Origin: a virus
Taxonomy: Duplodnaviria > Caudoviricetes
Direction: 5' to 3' (one strand)
IMG/VR virus record: IMGVR_UViG_3300022602_000128
Coordinates: 1 to 54,541 of that record
Length of the DNA: 54,541 nt
The notes beneath the pieces were generated by a model. It was given only the letters and a program-made list of their open reading frames with translations, made no database searches and was not told where the DNA came from. Both the position numbers and the translations under genes were made by a program. Below, piece after piece: positions 1-9,865 of this stretch (position 1 is the first letter of the stretch; every line of letters starts with the position of its first letter).

Positions 1-121
1 CAGTAGAGTAATCCAAAACTGAAAAAGGATTTGATTTGATCAAATCAATATTAAACTGCCCGTGACTTATTAACGGAACGTTTAATATTGACTTCAAGTA
101 GTCGTCTTGTCTTGGAAGCAT
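1..121 (-). CDS. Hypothetical protein, N-terminal part only (MLPRQDDYLKSILNVPLISHGQFNIDLIKSNPFSVLDYST...), runs off the window
   Basis: ATG at 121-119 and frame open to position 1. A late-box variant TAAGTA (132-127) lies 5 nt upstream. Not in the ORF track because it is truncated. Confidence 0.55.
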   Translation of the reverse strand, partial: MLPRQDDYLKSILNVPLISHGQFNIDLIKSNPFSVLDYST

Positions 122-138
122 ACGATTACTTAGCCAAT

Positions 139-163
139 AAAAAAGGCTCCGAAGAGCCTTTTT
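139..163 (-). terminator. Intrinsic terminator of the head operon, cUUCGg tetraloop, probably bidirectional
   Basis: Minus-strand RNA AAAAAGGCUC-UUCG-GAGCCUUUUUU about 20 nt after the capsid stop. The UUCG loop is typical of T4-like terminators, and A/T runs flank both sides. Confidence 0.92.
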
Positions 164-184
164 GTTAAACAAACCAATAATGGA

Positions 185-1357
185 TTACTGGAATGATAGG
201 TTGTTAACACTGATCTCAGAAACGTAGTCGCCTGCGTTACCTAGAGAAGAAGCAGTATTTGTTAACTCTACATAACCATATCTGGTCATAAAGCCAACTA
301 CTGGTTCAAAAGTGTTTGGATCTAAAACAACACCAGAACTCATTAAAGGAATATAAGGGCAATAGAACGCAGCTGCATCAGCCTCGCTAGAACCTTTGTA
401 TCCAATTAGAACTGGAGTTGAATCATTTGCGTATGCATTTACATAGATACGCATAGCACCGTTCAATGTACCAACAAACTTTGTGTTTGTAGGTGCTTCG
501 AAAGTACCTTCTGTTGTACGTGCAAATGCACTTGTTGTAGCACTTTGTAGTACTGTTAGTACTGCTGGAGATACAATCGCCCAGTTACCAGCGCCACGAC
601 GTGTACGTTGTGCAATCAAGTTAGCACTACGATTGATCAACACTGCTAGAGCGGCATGCTCGTCACCAACGAATGTTGCTGTACCAGATACTGCTGATTG
701 GTCAAATGCGTAATCAGTTGCAGCCAAAGAACTTAGTGAACCGATAATTTCTTGATCGATTTCAACTGTAATTTCTTGTGCTAGAGCAGCCATAATTTCT
801 GCTTCAACATCCAAACCGTGCATAGATTGTGCATCTTGCGCGGCTTCAAATGTCCAACGTGCTGACATTTTACGTGTCTTCGCTTCAACAACTTGTTTCA
901 AGATTTGAACGTTGATACGGTTGCCAGGTACACCTTCAAGTGTTGCTGTGCTTGATGCATAGCCTGATGTAGTACCAGAATATGCAGTAGCAATCTTGAA
1001 TGGGCTCAATGCCTCGTCGCCAGATACAGCACCAGTAGCGCCATTTGTACCTGAAACAGTATCTGCATAACGTACACGTAGTGTATGGATTTGTGATACT
1101 GGACCTGTCATTGGTTGAACACCAATAATTTCATTTGCAATAACTGTAGGCATAACACGACGGATAACTGGTAGAATAACACGGTTAAGTGTTGCTACGT
1201 TACCTGCAGATGTTGCGCCGGCTGTTGCATTTTCAACTAGGTGCTTGCGTGTATTCTCTAATACTACCGCCATTGTTGTTCTTTTAGAACCATTTAAGCC
1301 TTCTAGCAGAGCGTCTTTTGTCTCGCCCCAACGGCTTTCTAATAATGCTTGTGTCAT
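185..1357 (-). CDS. gp23: Major capsid protein, T4 gp23 family
   Basis: Motifs RRVMPTVIANEIIGVQPMTGP, VEAKTRKMSARWTFEAAQD and AFYCPYIPL...FEPVVGFMTRYG. Last gene of the head cluster, with a strong SD. Confidence 0.97.
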   Translation of the reverse strand: MTQALLESRWGETKDALLEGLNGSKRTTMAVVLENTRKHLVENATAGATSAGNVATLNRVILPVIRRVMPTVIANEIIGVQPMTGPVSQIHTLRVRYADTVSGTNGATGAVSGDEALSPFKIATAYSGTTSGYASSTATLEGVPGNRINVQILKQVVEAKTRKMSARWTFEAAQDAQSMHGLDVEAEIMAALAQEITVEIDQEIIGSLSSLAATDYAFDQSAVSGTATFVGDEHAALAVLINRSANLIAQRTRRGAGNWAIVSPAVLTVLQSATTSAFARTTEGTFEAPTNTKFVGTLNGAMRIYVNAYANDSTPVLIGYKGSSEADAAAFYCPYIPLMSSGVVLDPNTFEPVVGFMTRYGYVELTNTASSLGNAGDYVSEISVNNLSFQ

Positions 1358-1386
1358 AATATTTCCTTTTTCCTTTTAGGGTTAAG

Positions 1387-2499
1387 TCACTTTAGCCCTG
1401 CTAGTTTTCGCAATTCAAATACATTAGCGGATGCTTCTGTATCTGTAACTGTTACTTGCTTCGCAGTTTTGTCTCCTGTTACTTCTACACGTGATTCTGT
1501 CAAAACTTGTGCACTAGGTGCAGGTTGTTTTGTAGTACCATTGTTTAGAACTGCAGGTAGATACTTATCAAATGCGGACTGTAACTTGTCGGTCTGCACT
1601 GATTCGAGTAGGCTGCTCATTACAGCGGCTTTCTCTTTGTTTAGAGGTTTCAACATTTCTGCAAGACGTGTCTTGCGCTCAGTTGATTCCTTGATAATAC
1701 GAATTTCTTTTTCTTTTGATTCAACTAACATTGCTTTATTTTCGATAGCCTTTTTAGCCTCGGCAATAACTGCACTTTGTTTCTTCAACATCTCTTGCAT
1801 TTTAGCAATTTCTTTGTTCTCATTTAAGTGAGTAACAGCAAACTCGCTTGCAAAAGCTTCGAATAAACGACGACCAAACATGTTCTCGCGAGCAATATTG
1901 ATGTCTTCTTTTAGTTGAGTCATTTCAGACTCTAGTTTCGCGGTAATAGATTCTTTAACCATTTCAGCACTACGTGCAACAAAATTCTTTTGTAACTCGG
2001 CTAATTTTGCTTTAGCACCAGCCACAAGTTGAACTTTAGTTTCAACAACTGCTTTCTTGTCTGCTTCAAACTCTTGAATTTCTTCTGCAAGTGCTTTGAT
2101 AACAAACGATTCAAGTCTAGCGATGCTATTCTCATATTGTTTACGATCATTGCGTAGTTCTTGGATCTCTTCGGCTAGTTTTGTAACTAGGAATTGATCA
2201 AACTTACCTGCGCTTTCAACCATGCGAGTGTTAAACTTTGCACGATCTTCAGCAAGAGCCAGTTTTTCTGCTTTGAATTCTTCAATCTCAGCAGTTAAAG
2301 ATTCTGTAACCATTTTGTCTAGAGCCTCAACCATAACTTGTTTGTCATGTTGGTAACGGCCAGCGAACTCTTCACGAAGTTCAGCACGTAAGGTTTCACG
2401 TGCCTCAGTTAACTTGGTTTCCCACGCTTCACTGATTGCTTGTTGTGTTGATTCGTTGATTATGCCACTGTCCAACAATGGTTTGATAGCATCTAACAT
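1387..2499 (-). CDS. gp22: Prohead core scaffolding protein, gp22-like
   Basis: Long Glu/Lys/Ala-rich coiled-coil protein between protease and capsid genes, with many L/I-x-E gp21 cleavage-type sites. SD AGGAG. Confidence 0.85.
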   Translation of the reverse strand: MLDAIKPLLDSGIINESTQQAISEAWETKLTEARETLRAELREEFAGRYQHDKQVMVEALDKMVTESLTAEIEEFKAEKLALAEDRAKFNTRMVESAGKFDQFLVTKLAEEIQELRNDRKQYENSIARLESFVIKALAEEIQEFEADKKAVVETKVQLVAGAKAKLAELQKNFVARSAEMVKESITAKLESEMTQLKEDINIARENMFGRRLFEAFASEFAVTHLNENKEIAKMQEMLKKQSAVIAEAKKAIENKAMLVESKEKEIRIIKESTERKTRLAEMLKPLNKEKAAVMSSLLESVQTDKLQSAFDKYLPAVLNNGTTKQPAPSAQVLTESRVEVTGDKTAKQVTVTDTEASANVFELRKLAGLK

Positions 2500-2512
2500 T
2501 GGATTTGTTCTC

Positions 2513-3154
2513 CTATAGTTTCAAATCATTGATAAGGCGCACCACTTCCTTTTCCACGTACTTTTGTACTCTTTGATCGGTGCTGGCGTCTTTAGCCATG
2601 TTAAACAACTTTTCTCCGCCACGCATATTCATCAACGATTCGTAAATCGCTTTTGGATAAGCATTTGGGGCACTGGGTTGTGCAACAATGTCTACGGTAA
2701 TGATTTCAAAATCACTAACGTGTCCACTTCCTTCGTTAACATTACCAGATCCACGTGAACTAACGCCCAGTTTAACTCCGCTTGTTAGCATGGCTTCAAC
2801 TAGTTTGCCCATTGGCGTTGGTAATACTTTTAATTTCCCGTAACCATTCGGACCGTCCATCCACATTTTTGTTATCATGTGGCTAACACGATCTAAGTTA
2901 ATCTTTAAGTCATCTGGATGATCTAATTCGCCCAGTACACTATACCCACCGCCCAATTGCTCAGTGATGGTTTGAACAGCTTTTTTAATTTCGTGAGTGG
3001 GATATACACGTTTGTTGGCGTTTTGTACGCCACCTTGAATGAATATCCCATCCATATAGAAATGCTTGCCACCCTTGCCATCGCCGGAGTCTTCAGATAT
3101 AACCTGAAGCCCAGCGTTGTCAAAAGATAGAGTTTCCTTAAGGAACAAAGCCAT
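2513..3154 (-). CDS. gp21: Prohead maturation protease, gp21 family
   Basis: Motifs GIFIQGGVQNANKRVYP, LGELDHP, LGVSSRGSG and DIVAQPSAPNAY. Confidence 0.96.
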   Translation of the reverse strand: MALFLKETLSFDNAGLQVISEDSGDGKGGKHFYMDGIFIQGGVQNANKRVYPTHEIKKAVQTITEQLGGGYSVLGELDHPDDLKINLDRVSHMITKMWMDGPNGYGKLKVLPTPMGKLVEAMLTSGVKLGVSSRGSGNVNEGSGHVSDFEIITVDIVAQPSAPNAYPKAIYESLMNMRGGEKLFNMAKDASTDQRVQKYVEKEVVRLINDLKL

Positions 3155-3169
3155 TATAATAAGTTCCTA

Positions 3170-4381
3170 TTACTTCTTTTTACCTGTTGGCTGACCTGCT
3201 CCGCCTTCAACACCTTTAGTGTTTAGGCTAGGCTTGTCTCCACCTGTACCAACTGTCTTACCTTGTTCGGTTTGCTTTTGGTCAGCGCCAACTTTACCTT
3301 CATTTTTGTCCCAAACTTTCTTGTTGCCAGGAACGTTCTTGAACTGACCTGCATGAGGTAAGTCACCACGCTTCTTGCTGTACTCGTTGTTTGGTGCTTT
3401 GAATTGCTTGCCATCAGCAGCTTCTTCATTGCCTTGACCGTTTAGAATGTTTTCGTTAGTACCACCAAAGTCAGGTCCTTTATCTAGGCTAGTAGACTTC
3501 TTGTTTATTGTTGGCTCATCACCACCAGTACCAACAGTCTTACCACCTTCGGTATTAGGATTGTCTATTTTGTAGATCTCACCAATCTTGTCAACGTATT
3601 CTTTCATGATCTCTACTTCGGTCTTTTTGTAGCTTTCCATTTTGCCTGAACCAGACTTACCTGAACCGCTTACGCCAGAACCGCTTTTCTTAGCAGCCTC
3701 TTTAATACCAGAGCCAGACATACCAGAACCGCTCATTCCTGAACCGCTCATTTTCTTGGCTTCTTTCATTCCGCTACCAGATTTACCTGATCCACTTGCT
3801 GAACCGCTTTTACCTGATGCTGAACCACTCTTAGCAAAAGGATTAGCAGACTCCATGTTCATGCCTTCCATTTCGCCGCCCATTTCGTCTTCGGCGCCGT
3901 CCATGTCAAAGTCGCTTTCGCCGCCCATTTCGCCTTCATCACCAGCCATGTCGTCCATGCCGTGATCTTCACCGGCTAGCATGCCTTTTAATTCTTCCAA
4001 TTGTGCGCTTAGGTCATCAATCTTGGATTCGATTTCACCGTGCTCGGCTTCTTCACTACCCATGTCGTCCATTTCGCCATCGTCACCAAATGTCTCTTCT
4101 TCGCCGTCCATGTCTGCCATGTCGTCGTCAGTGCCGAACTCGTCTTCACCGTCTAGATCCATTTCTTCGTCATCTTCACCAAGACCTTGCTCTTGTGCAC
4201 TGTCGTTTTGATCGGTGATGTCTGATACAAAGTTTTGACTAGCGTTACCGCCTAAATCTTCGTCCATTAAACTCTCATAAATGTCACGTGATTTTTCAAC
4301 CACTAATTGATGAAATAGTTCTTTGGCTGCTTGTTCGTCTTCGTTGATGATGTGTTCGATCAACTGTTCGTATTTGTTCAT
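3170..4381 (-). CDS. Acidic low-complexity prohead core/internal protein (gp67-like position)
   Basis: Asp/Glu/Met-rich N-half, SGSG repeat block and Lys/Gly-rich C-terminus. Lies between portal and protease. SD AGGAG and a late box upstream. Confidence 0.7.
   Translation of the reverse strand: MNKYEQLIEHIINEDEQAAKELFHQLVVEKSRDIYESLMDEDLGGNASQNFVSDITDQNDSAQEQGLGEDDEEMDLDGEDEFGTDDDMADMDGEEETFGDDGEMDDMGSEEAEHGEIESKIDDLSAQLEELKGMLAGEDHGMDDMAGDEGEMGGESDFDMDGAEDEMGGEMEGMNMESANPFAKSGSASGKSGSASGSGKSGSGMKEAKKMSGSGMSGSGMSGSGIKEAAKKSGSGVSGSGKSGSGKMESYKKTEVEIMKEYVDKIGEIYKIDNPNTEGGKTVGTGGDEPTINKKSTSLDKGPDFGGTNENILNGQGNEEAADGKQFKAPNNEYSKKRGDLPHAGQFKNVPGNKKVWDKNEGKVGADQKQTEQGKTVGTGGDKPSLNTKGVEGGAGQPTGKKK
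3641..3832 (-). repeat. Coding low-complexity repeat (SGSG/SGSA units) in the prohead core protein
   Basis: SGSASGKSGSASGSGKSGSG-MKEAKK-MSGSGMSGSGMSGSG-IKEAAKK-SGSGVSGSGKSGSGK, with variable codons. Confidence 0.9.
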
Positions 4382-4413
4382 TAAGAAACTCCTTTAAATA
4401 ATTGGCTTTGTAA

Positions 4414-4430
4414 TTCTATTTACAATAGAA
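4414..4430 (-). promoter_or_regulatory. Late promoter box (GTAAATA) inside a 7-bp inverted repeat
   Basis: TTCTATT-GTA-AATAGAA on the minus strand, about 35 nt upstream of the 403-aa gene. Confidence 0.6.
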
Positions 4431-4481
4431 CTGTAAAATATGCGTAATATACGTGTTTTTTAAGGTATTTTAGGCAACTAA

Positions 4482-4733
4482 CTATAAGCCGGGTATTGCG
4501 CCCATGCCTCCACCCTCTTCTGCGGGTGCCGCATACTGTGATTGTATGGTCTCGAGTTTCTTTTCAAACTCAAATTTACGCACATCATTTGCCATTCTCA
4601 AGCGATTTAAATGTGCTAATGTTAGTCGTGTTTTGCGTAGATCTGATAATTTCATGGTGGAATTATCATCTTTTTCTGTTTGGTATCCGGGCTTTGCGGG
4701 CTCCGGACTTTCAATAAGATCTAATATAAACAT
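4482..4733 (-). CDS. Small head-module protein (gp67/gp68 position), function unknown
   Basis: 83-aa ORF directly after the portal gene, with its own TATAAATA box 7 nt upstream of the ATG. Confidence 0.75.
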   Translation of the reverse strand: MFILDLIESPEPAKPGYQTEKDDNSTMKLSDLRKTRLTLAHLNRLRMANDVRKFEFEKKLETIQSQYAAPAEEGGGMGAIPGL

Positions 4734-4740
4734 AGTAAAG

Positions 4741-4748
4741 TATTTATA
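4741..4748 (-). promoter_or_regulatory. T4-type late promoter TATAAATA
   Basis: Exact gp55 consensus, 7 nt before ATG 4733. Confidence 0.85.
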
Positions 4749-4759
4749 GCAAAGCGGTA

Positions 4760-6499
4760 TTAACCGCCTGCAGGGGCGGCTGGCGCAGGAGCACCAGGAG
4801 CCGCGCCACCAGGAGCCGCACCAGTATCCAATGCGCCACCTAGATCACCAGCGCCTGCTTCGGGAGTAACGTTTTCAAGATCACTAGCAAGTCCACCAGG
4901 AGTAACACCTACGTTACGCAAATTGGCTTGGCCCGGACTAGTTTCTTCGCTCTTGCCTTTTTCCTCGGCCCATTGCATTTCGTTTTCGCTCATCTCAAGT
5001 TCGCTTAGGCCCAAATAACGCTTCATTAGGAAACGTTTAGAGAAGTAAGGGTATTGCTCAAGTTGTGTGAATGTAGCAATCTTTGCACTGTCAATGTCTG
5101 CTTGACGATAACTTGCAAAGTTTTGTGGTGGATTAAATGTTAAATCAAAGATTTGCCCGTCAATGTTGATGCCTCTCCAGCGCATAAACATCTTGAATTC
5201 TTGGTCCAACTTGTCTACAATCATGCTTTGTAGACGCATACAGTATTGATTAAAACGCCACTCTTGTATTAGAGCAGTGCCCACTTTACCATCGCTTACT
5301 GCTTGAGTTCCATCATCAACACCTGTGGGCAAGTAACTTGCCGGAATACGTAATCCACGGAATAACTTGTTGGTAAAGAACTTTAAGTCAGTGATCTCGC
5401 CCAAGTTTTGCCCGCCTGGAAGAATCTCAACACTGGATCCACGCCCATCAGCAGTCTGTGGGAAGAAAAAGTCTTCGTTAGTCTGTAGAGGATTGTATGT
5501 AGCATCCATCATGTTAACACCAGCTTGTGTTTGTGTGGGGATGCGACGTTGATTTATTTCGTTTTTAATACGATCAACAAACGCCATAGCCATATGTGTG
5601 GGCATATTTCCCACGTCAATCTTAAACATACGACGCTCTGGTGCACGTTGTACACGATAGATAATAATACTGTCTTCCAGCAATTCTTTTTGCTTGAATA
5701 CTTTAAAAATATTCTCTAGTACACTATTTCCAAAAGGCCAGTATACGTCCAAACCCTCTGTTAAACTCAAATGCACTACGTGTTCGGCATTTACAACTGC
5801 TTCGTTTTGTGCATGACTAAATCTGCTACCACCACTGTAGGGGGTACGAGGCTGTGTATAAGACCCTGATGCGCCACCCACTTGTGGGTGATTGGTAAAT
5901 GTGTCACTTGTGCTTACTGCTGTTGTAGTTAAGTTTTGAAAGTTGGGCTGTATGTCTTTGATCACATACTGCTCGGGCTTTTTTCCGTCGCTTTCGTTTA
6001 CAATAACTTTAGTAACCTTCGACATCTCTGTCCAGAATAACTTAAATGTCTCCGGATCACGGATAAAAACTTGATCCCCATACTTGATAGTATTGCGGAC
6101 AATTTTAAATATACGTTTGTTAAATTCATTTAGATTGATCCACTGTTGCAGTTGTTCTTTAATAATCTTAACTTCGTTGTCTGTGGGCTTTTCATGAAAG
6201 TGCAAGTCAAACGCACTTAAGTTTTCTTCATTTTTTTGACTACAGAATTCTGCTAAAATATCCAGTGCGGCATTTACTTCCGAATCCATGTCCATTTGTT
6301 CGTATTGATTATAACGCTCAATACGATTTGGGTGGCCAATATAGACTTCGGGCAAACTGCTGGCCATACTGCGATATGCTGGGTTGGGTTGACTATTGCC
6401 CGGACTGCCCATTGGGCTGATTGCGCCCTGCATGTTCCCGGTCTTAAAATACTTTTTCCAACTCCCACCATTTTTTGGAGTGTTGTTTTGCGTTGCCAT
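4760..6499 (-). CDS. gp20: Portal vertex protein, T4 gp20 family
   Basis: Motifs LLEDSIIIYRVQRAPERRMFKIDVGNMP, EDFFFPQTADGRGSSVEILPGGQNLGEITD and KLFRGLRIPASYL. Confidence 0.97.
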   Translation of the reverse strand: MATQNNTPKNGGSWKKYFKTGNMQGAISPMGSPGNSQPNPAYRSMASSLPEVYIGHPNRIERYNQYEQMDMDSEVNAALDILAEFCSQKNEENLSAFDLHFHEKPTDNEVKIIKEQLQQWINLNEFNKRIFKIVRNTIKYGDQVFIRDPETFKLFWTEMSKVTKVIVNESDGKKPEQYVIKDIQPNFQNLTTTAVSTSDTFTNHPQVGGASGSYTQPRTPYSGGSRFSHAQNEAVVNAEHVVHLSLTEGLDVYWPFGNSVLENIFKVFKQKELLEDSIIIYRVQRAPERRMFKIDVGNMPTHMAMAFVDRIKNEINQRRIPTQTQAGVNMMDATYNPLQTNEDFFFPQTADGRGSSVEILPGGQNLGEITDLKFFTNKLFRGLRIPASYLPTGVDDGTQAVSDGKVGTALIQEWRFNQYCMRLQSMIVDKLDQEFKMFMRWRGINIDGQIFDLTFNPPQNFASYRQADIDSAKIATFTQLEQYPYFSKRFLMKRYLGLSELEMSENEMQWAEEKGKSEETSPGQANLRNVGVTPGGLASDLENVTPEAGAGDLGGALDTGAAPGGAAPGAPAPAAPAGG

Positions 6500-7087
6500 T
6501 TATATGTTATCCTGTGTTTTTTTCTTTATTTGGGCTAACCGTCTTGCTTCAGTCCAAGGCTTTCCCTTGCGTTCTTCAGATTGCTTTGCCTTTATATCCC
6601 AATATTTTTTAGCATACTCTGGATCTGTTGCTAATTTATATGCTCTAGTGGCGGCAGATTTTTTATTCCTACCATCATCAGGCCTGCCTAAATTAGCGAG
6701 GCGTATCTTTTCAGCGTGCTCTGCACTTTTAGGTTGTCTATATTTTTCTTTCTGTTCTTCTGTTCGAACTTTTCCCAAATTACTTTGTTTTATTTTTTCT
6801 TTAGTTTCTGCAGAGTGTTTCCAACCTGCGCGGCACGCCCATTGATTTATTTTAATATTTTCCAAAATACCACCATCAATCTTACGACCATACTTAGTTA
6901 TAAGATCTTTTTCGTACTGTTTGGCTTCTTCGTTGGATAAACCGTCTTTGACAATAATTCTTCGATCCTTGGGAGGAAGTTCTACTTTATGTCCGGCATT
7001 GATTCGATCACCAGTACCTTTACCAATATAGTACGGGTTTCCGTCTTCGGTTAAGTACTGGTATACATAAAATCTATTGTCCGACAT
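6500..7087 (-). CDS. Free-standing GIY-YIG homing endonuclease with NUMOD3-type DNA-binding repeats (Seg-like)
   Basis: FYVYQY...PYYIGKG nuclease motif, plus KHSAETKEKIKQSNLGK and KSAEHAEKIRLANLG NUMOD3-like repeats. Confidence 0.85.
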   Translation of the reverse strand: MSDNRFYVYQYLTEDGNPYYIGKGTGDRINAGHKVELPPKDRRIIVKDGLSNEEAKQYEKDLITKYGRKIDGGILENIKINQWACRAGWKHSAETKEKIKQSNLGKVRTEEQKEKYRQPKSAEHAEKIRLANLGRPDDGRNKKSAATRAYKLATDPEYAKKYWDIKAKQSEERKGKPWTEARRLAQIKKKTQDNI

Positions 7088-7110
7088 TTGTATTGTTTAT
7101 TCCTTGTATC

Positions 7111-7118
7111 CTATTTAC
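7111..7118 (-). promoter_or_regulatory. Late promoter box (GTAAATA) for the endonuclease-portal transcript
   Basis: GGTAAATAG just after the tape-measure stop, followed by an AAGGA SD. Confidence 0.6.
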
Positions 7119-7121
7119 CTG

Positions 7122-9839
7122 TTATGCGGTTGCATTTAGAAGTTTCTGAGTCAGATCTTTGTGATCTTTAACATGGCTCACAAGTTCTTTGCTTTGGTCT
7201 AGGTGTTGTTGCATGATACCGCTTAATTGATTGATACTTTCTGTCATGTCAGCACGGGGTGTTGCAGATCCCGGAAATGTTAGTTCAGTTTTGGTAGAAG
7301 CAACTTTGACATCCTTGAGACTGTTGGTCAACGAATCCGTCATTTGTTTTACCATTGTCGACATCATAGCATTGATTGGGGAATTGCCAGTGGCCAAATC
7401 CATTTGATTTGATAATCCGTTTATTGATGTAACTAAGTCTGCATGGTCTTTGGCAGTGGGCATGGCAGTCATCATTGTTTTTAGATTATCCGACATGTCG
7501 GCAGTTTGCTTGTTAACTAATCCCAGTAAGTCGTTATGGTCCCGCATTGCGCCGTTGTTGGTAATTGACGCTGACAAGTCACCCAAGTTAAACGTGTCTT
7601 TTATAGTACGATTAAAAGAATTTATAATATCAGTTAGATAACTGGGTGCAGTATTCTGCTTAGAGTCTTGCATTCCCTTCATTGATTCGTTCATTGATGT
7701 TAATATACTAGAGAATCCGCCCATGTTAATGGGGATAGATCTTCCGTCTGGTAATGGAACGTGTGCTTCGTTCATGCCGTTTTCGCTGACCAATGCCACT
7801 TGACCCTTGGGCGTTGATATACCGCCGTCAGCAAAGCCCAACATGTCAGATAATTTAGATCCGGCTGCCATACCAATTGCGCCGCCTTCCAGGGCTCCCA
7901 ATGGGGACAAAGCACCGCCTGATACCACTGCGGCGCCTGCCCCGCCTATAGCCCCACCAATCAAAGTGCCAGCACCAATTGTTGTTACTTTGCCAATTGT
8001 TTTTAATGTGCTCTTTATAGTGCCCCAAACTCCGCTTTCGGCACCCTCACCATTGCCAAGACCAACATCTTTTAGCATTTTTCTAACACCACTGAGCATT
8101 TCCTTGGACACGTTGGCAAAGTCTTTGATAGCCGGAGTCAGTTCATCCTGTAGAGCAATTTTTAAATTTTGAGCCGCAGTTTCTGCACCCATTACAGAAT
8201 CCTGCAATTTACCGTTGGCACCCGCGGCTGCTTCTGTTGCATTAGTAGCGGTGTCTAAATTCTTTTCAGTTAGTTTGTATTGTGCTTGTCCCAAAGAATC
8301 AGCACTCTTGGCCAAGTTATTGAGTCCGTCAGCGCCAGCGATTGCACCAGTGGATATTGCTTTGGCAGTGTCACCATAGCGGCTTTCGAAGTTGTCGTTT
8401 GCTCTAGCAAAACCACCAGTCAAGTCTTTAAGGCTTGAATTTCCTCGTTCTAGACTTTGTGCGAATTCTCGGCCAGCATCTGCTTGGCCCAATACGTTTG
8501 CAGACACATCGGTAACTGCCCCACCCAACACTGTGGCTTGTATGGCGGCACGTTGTTGTGTTTCATCCATCAATGCCAAACTTGCTCGCACTCTTGCTGG
8601 CAAGCCTGGATCATTTGTGCGTTTGGCTATTTCATTTACTTTGGCAAAGAAAGCATATTGCTCTGCTTGTTTCTTTGCTTGATCCATCTTGGCTTTGGCA
8701 TCCTCGCCCATAATGTCAGCAACTGTTCTTATGTTCTTGGCCATCTCGGTAGTGGCCTGGGCTACTTGTGCATTGGTGGCAGTGCCGCCAGTTCTCTTCA
8801 AGTCCGATGTCATTTGAGCAACCAAGTTTGCTTGATCCTCAAAACTATAGCCTAGATTTAATAATTCATTTTGTAAACTTTTACCGCTCTTGCCTGTTTG
8901 TGTTGCTAGGTTACTAGTGACTCCGGCAACAATTTTTGCTCCACCGGCAACAGTGTAGCCCGATTCAGCCAATAAGCCCGCATTGTTCTTGATTACGTTT
9001 GAAAATTGATCTACAGTAAGTCCTGCTTGACCCGAATACTTGCGTAAATCATCCATGCCCTGTGCAAATGTAGCACCACTGGCTGTTGCATCATTAAATG
9101 CTTTGACTGTTTTTTCTACTTCTTTGCTTAATACTTCTACACCAAACTTGGCCAGTTTGCTGGCATTTTCTCCCAGTGCACCCAGTAATGGGCCAACAAC
9201 TGAAACAATATTACCAAATCTCTTAATCGCCGGACTGGCGCTGGTTGACATTATTTGCCCAAATGTGCCCGCGGCTTGACCGGCGGCTGCGGCTGTTTGC
9301 CCCTCCATGTCATATTGGGCCTGCATCAGTCCACTGGCTAACTCTATACCAGACTGACCGCTTTGTAGTCCCTTGACAAAAGCACCAACGCCCTGCACAC
9401 CAGACGATGCCACTTTACCCAATGCTTTGCCAAGATTCTTAGTGGTTTCAATTGTGTCGGATTTTACTGCTTCGTCTCTAAGTGCATTGCGTTTGGCCAA
9501 CAGTTCGTCTCGGGCTTTTTGCTCGTCACGAGTCTTTGCGTTTTTGGTAGCCTCTTCAATTGCCTTGTCTAGTGCATCCAATTCATCCTTGAAGTTGGAC
9601 AAGGCATTGGGTGTTGGCGACAACATTTTACTAAAACTTGTGGTTTTTTCGTTGGCTTTCTTTAAAGAAGCAGTATATCGTTCAGTTTGTTTAGACAGGG
9701 TGTCTAAATCTGCGGCTAACTCATCAATGGTTTTGCCTGCCCCGTAAACAGCACCACCCTTGGCTCCACCAGACTGCCTACCAGCAGTACGCATCTCGTC
9801 CAAGAGGTTCTTGAGTAGGCCTTTGATTTCGTCATCCAT
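7122..9839 (-). CDS. Tape-measure/baseplate-hub protein (gp29-like role)
   Basis: 905-aa Ala/Gly/Leu-rich helical protein with a hydrophobic GA-rich segment and the FADGG...LVSENGMNEAHVPL motif common in tape-measure proteins. Divergent from the gp26-like chaperone. Confidence 0.75.
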   Translation of the reverse strand: MDDEIKGLLKNLLDEMRTAGRQSGGAKGGAVYGAGKTIDELAADLDTLSKQTERYTASLKKANEKTTSFSKMLSPTPNALSNFKDELDALDKAIEEATKNAKTRDEQKARDELLAKRNALRDEAVKSDTIETTKNLGKALGKVASSGVQGVGAFVKGLQSGQSGIELASGLMQAQYDMEGQTAAAAGQAAGTFGQIMSTSASPAIKRFGNIVSVVGPLLGALGENASKLAKFGVEVLSKEVEKTVKAFNDATASGATFAQGMDDLRKYSGQAGLTVDQFSNVIKNNAGLLAESGYTVAGGAKIVAGVTSNLATQTGKSGKSLQNELLNLGYSFEDQANLVAQMTSDLKRTGGTATNAQVAQATTEMAKNIRTVADIMGEDAKAKMDQAKKQAEQYAFFAKVNEIAKRTNDPGLPARVRASLALMDETQQRAAIQATVLGGAVTDVSANVLGQADAGREFAQSLERGNSSLKDLTGGFARANDNFESRYGDTAKAISTGAIAGADGLNNLAKSADSLGQAQYKLTEKNLDTATNATEAAAGANGKLQDSVMGAETAAQNLKIALQDELTPAIKDFANVSKEMLSGVRKMLKDVGLGNGEGAESGVWGTIKSTLKTIGKVTTIGAGTLIGGAIGGAGAAVVSGGALSPLGALEGGAIGMAAGSKLSDMLGFADGGISTPKGQVALVSENGMNEAHVPLPDGRSIPINMGGFSSILTSMNESMKGMQDSKQNTAPSYLTDIINSFNRTIKDTFNLGDLSASITNNGAMRDHNDLLGLVNKQTADMSDNLKTMMTAMPTAKDHADLVTSINGLSNQMDLATGNSPINAMMSTMVKQMTDSLTNSLKDVKVASTKTELTFPGSATPRADMTESINQLSGIMQQHLDQSKELVSHVKDHKDLTQKLLNATA

Positions 9840-9865
9840 ATTTAAAATTCCAGTTATTTTTAGTC

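Noticed and set aside
483-9747. Plus-strand ORFs opposite the head and tape-measure genes (e.g. 1349-1831, 3642-3965, 6396-6845, 7807-8172)
   Set aside because: Antisense shadows of well-supported genes, with no motifs or expression signals. The PEP repeats simply mirror the SGSG codons.
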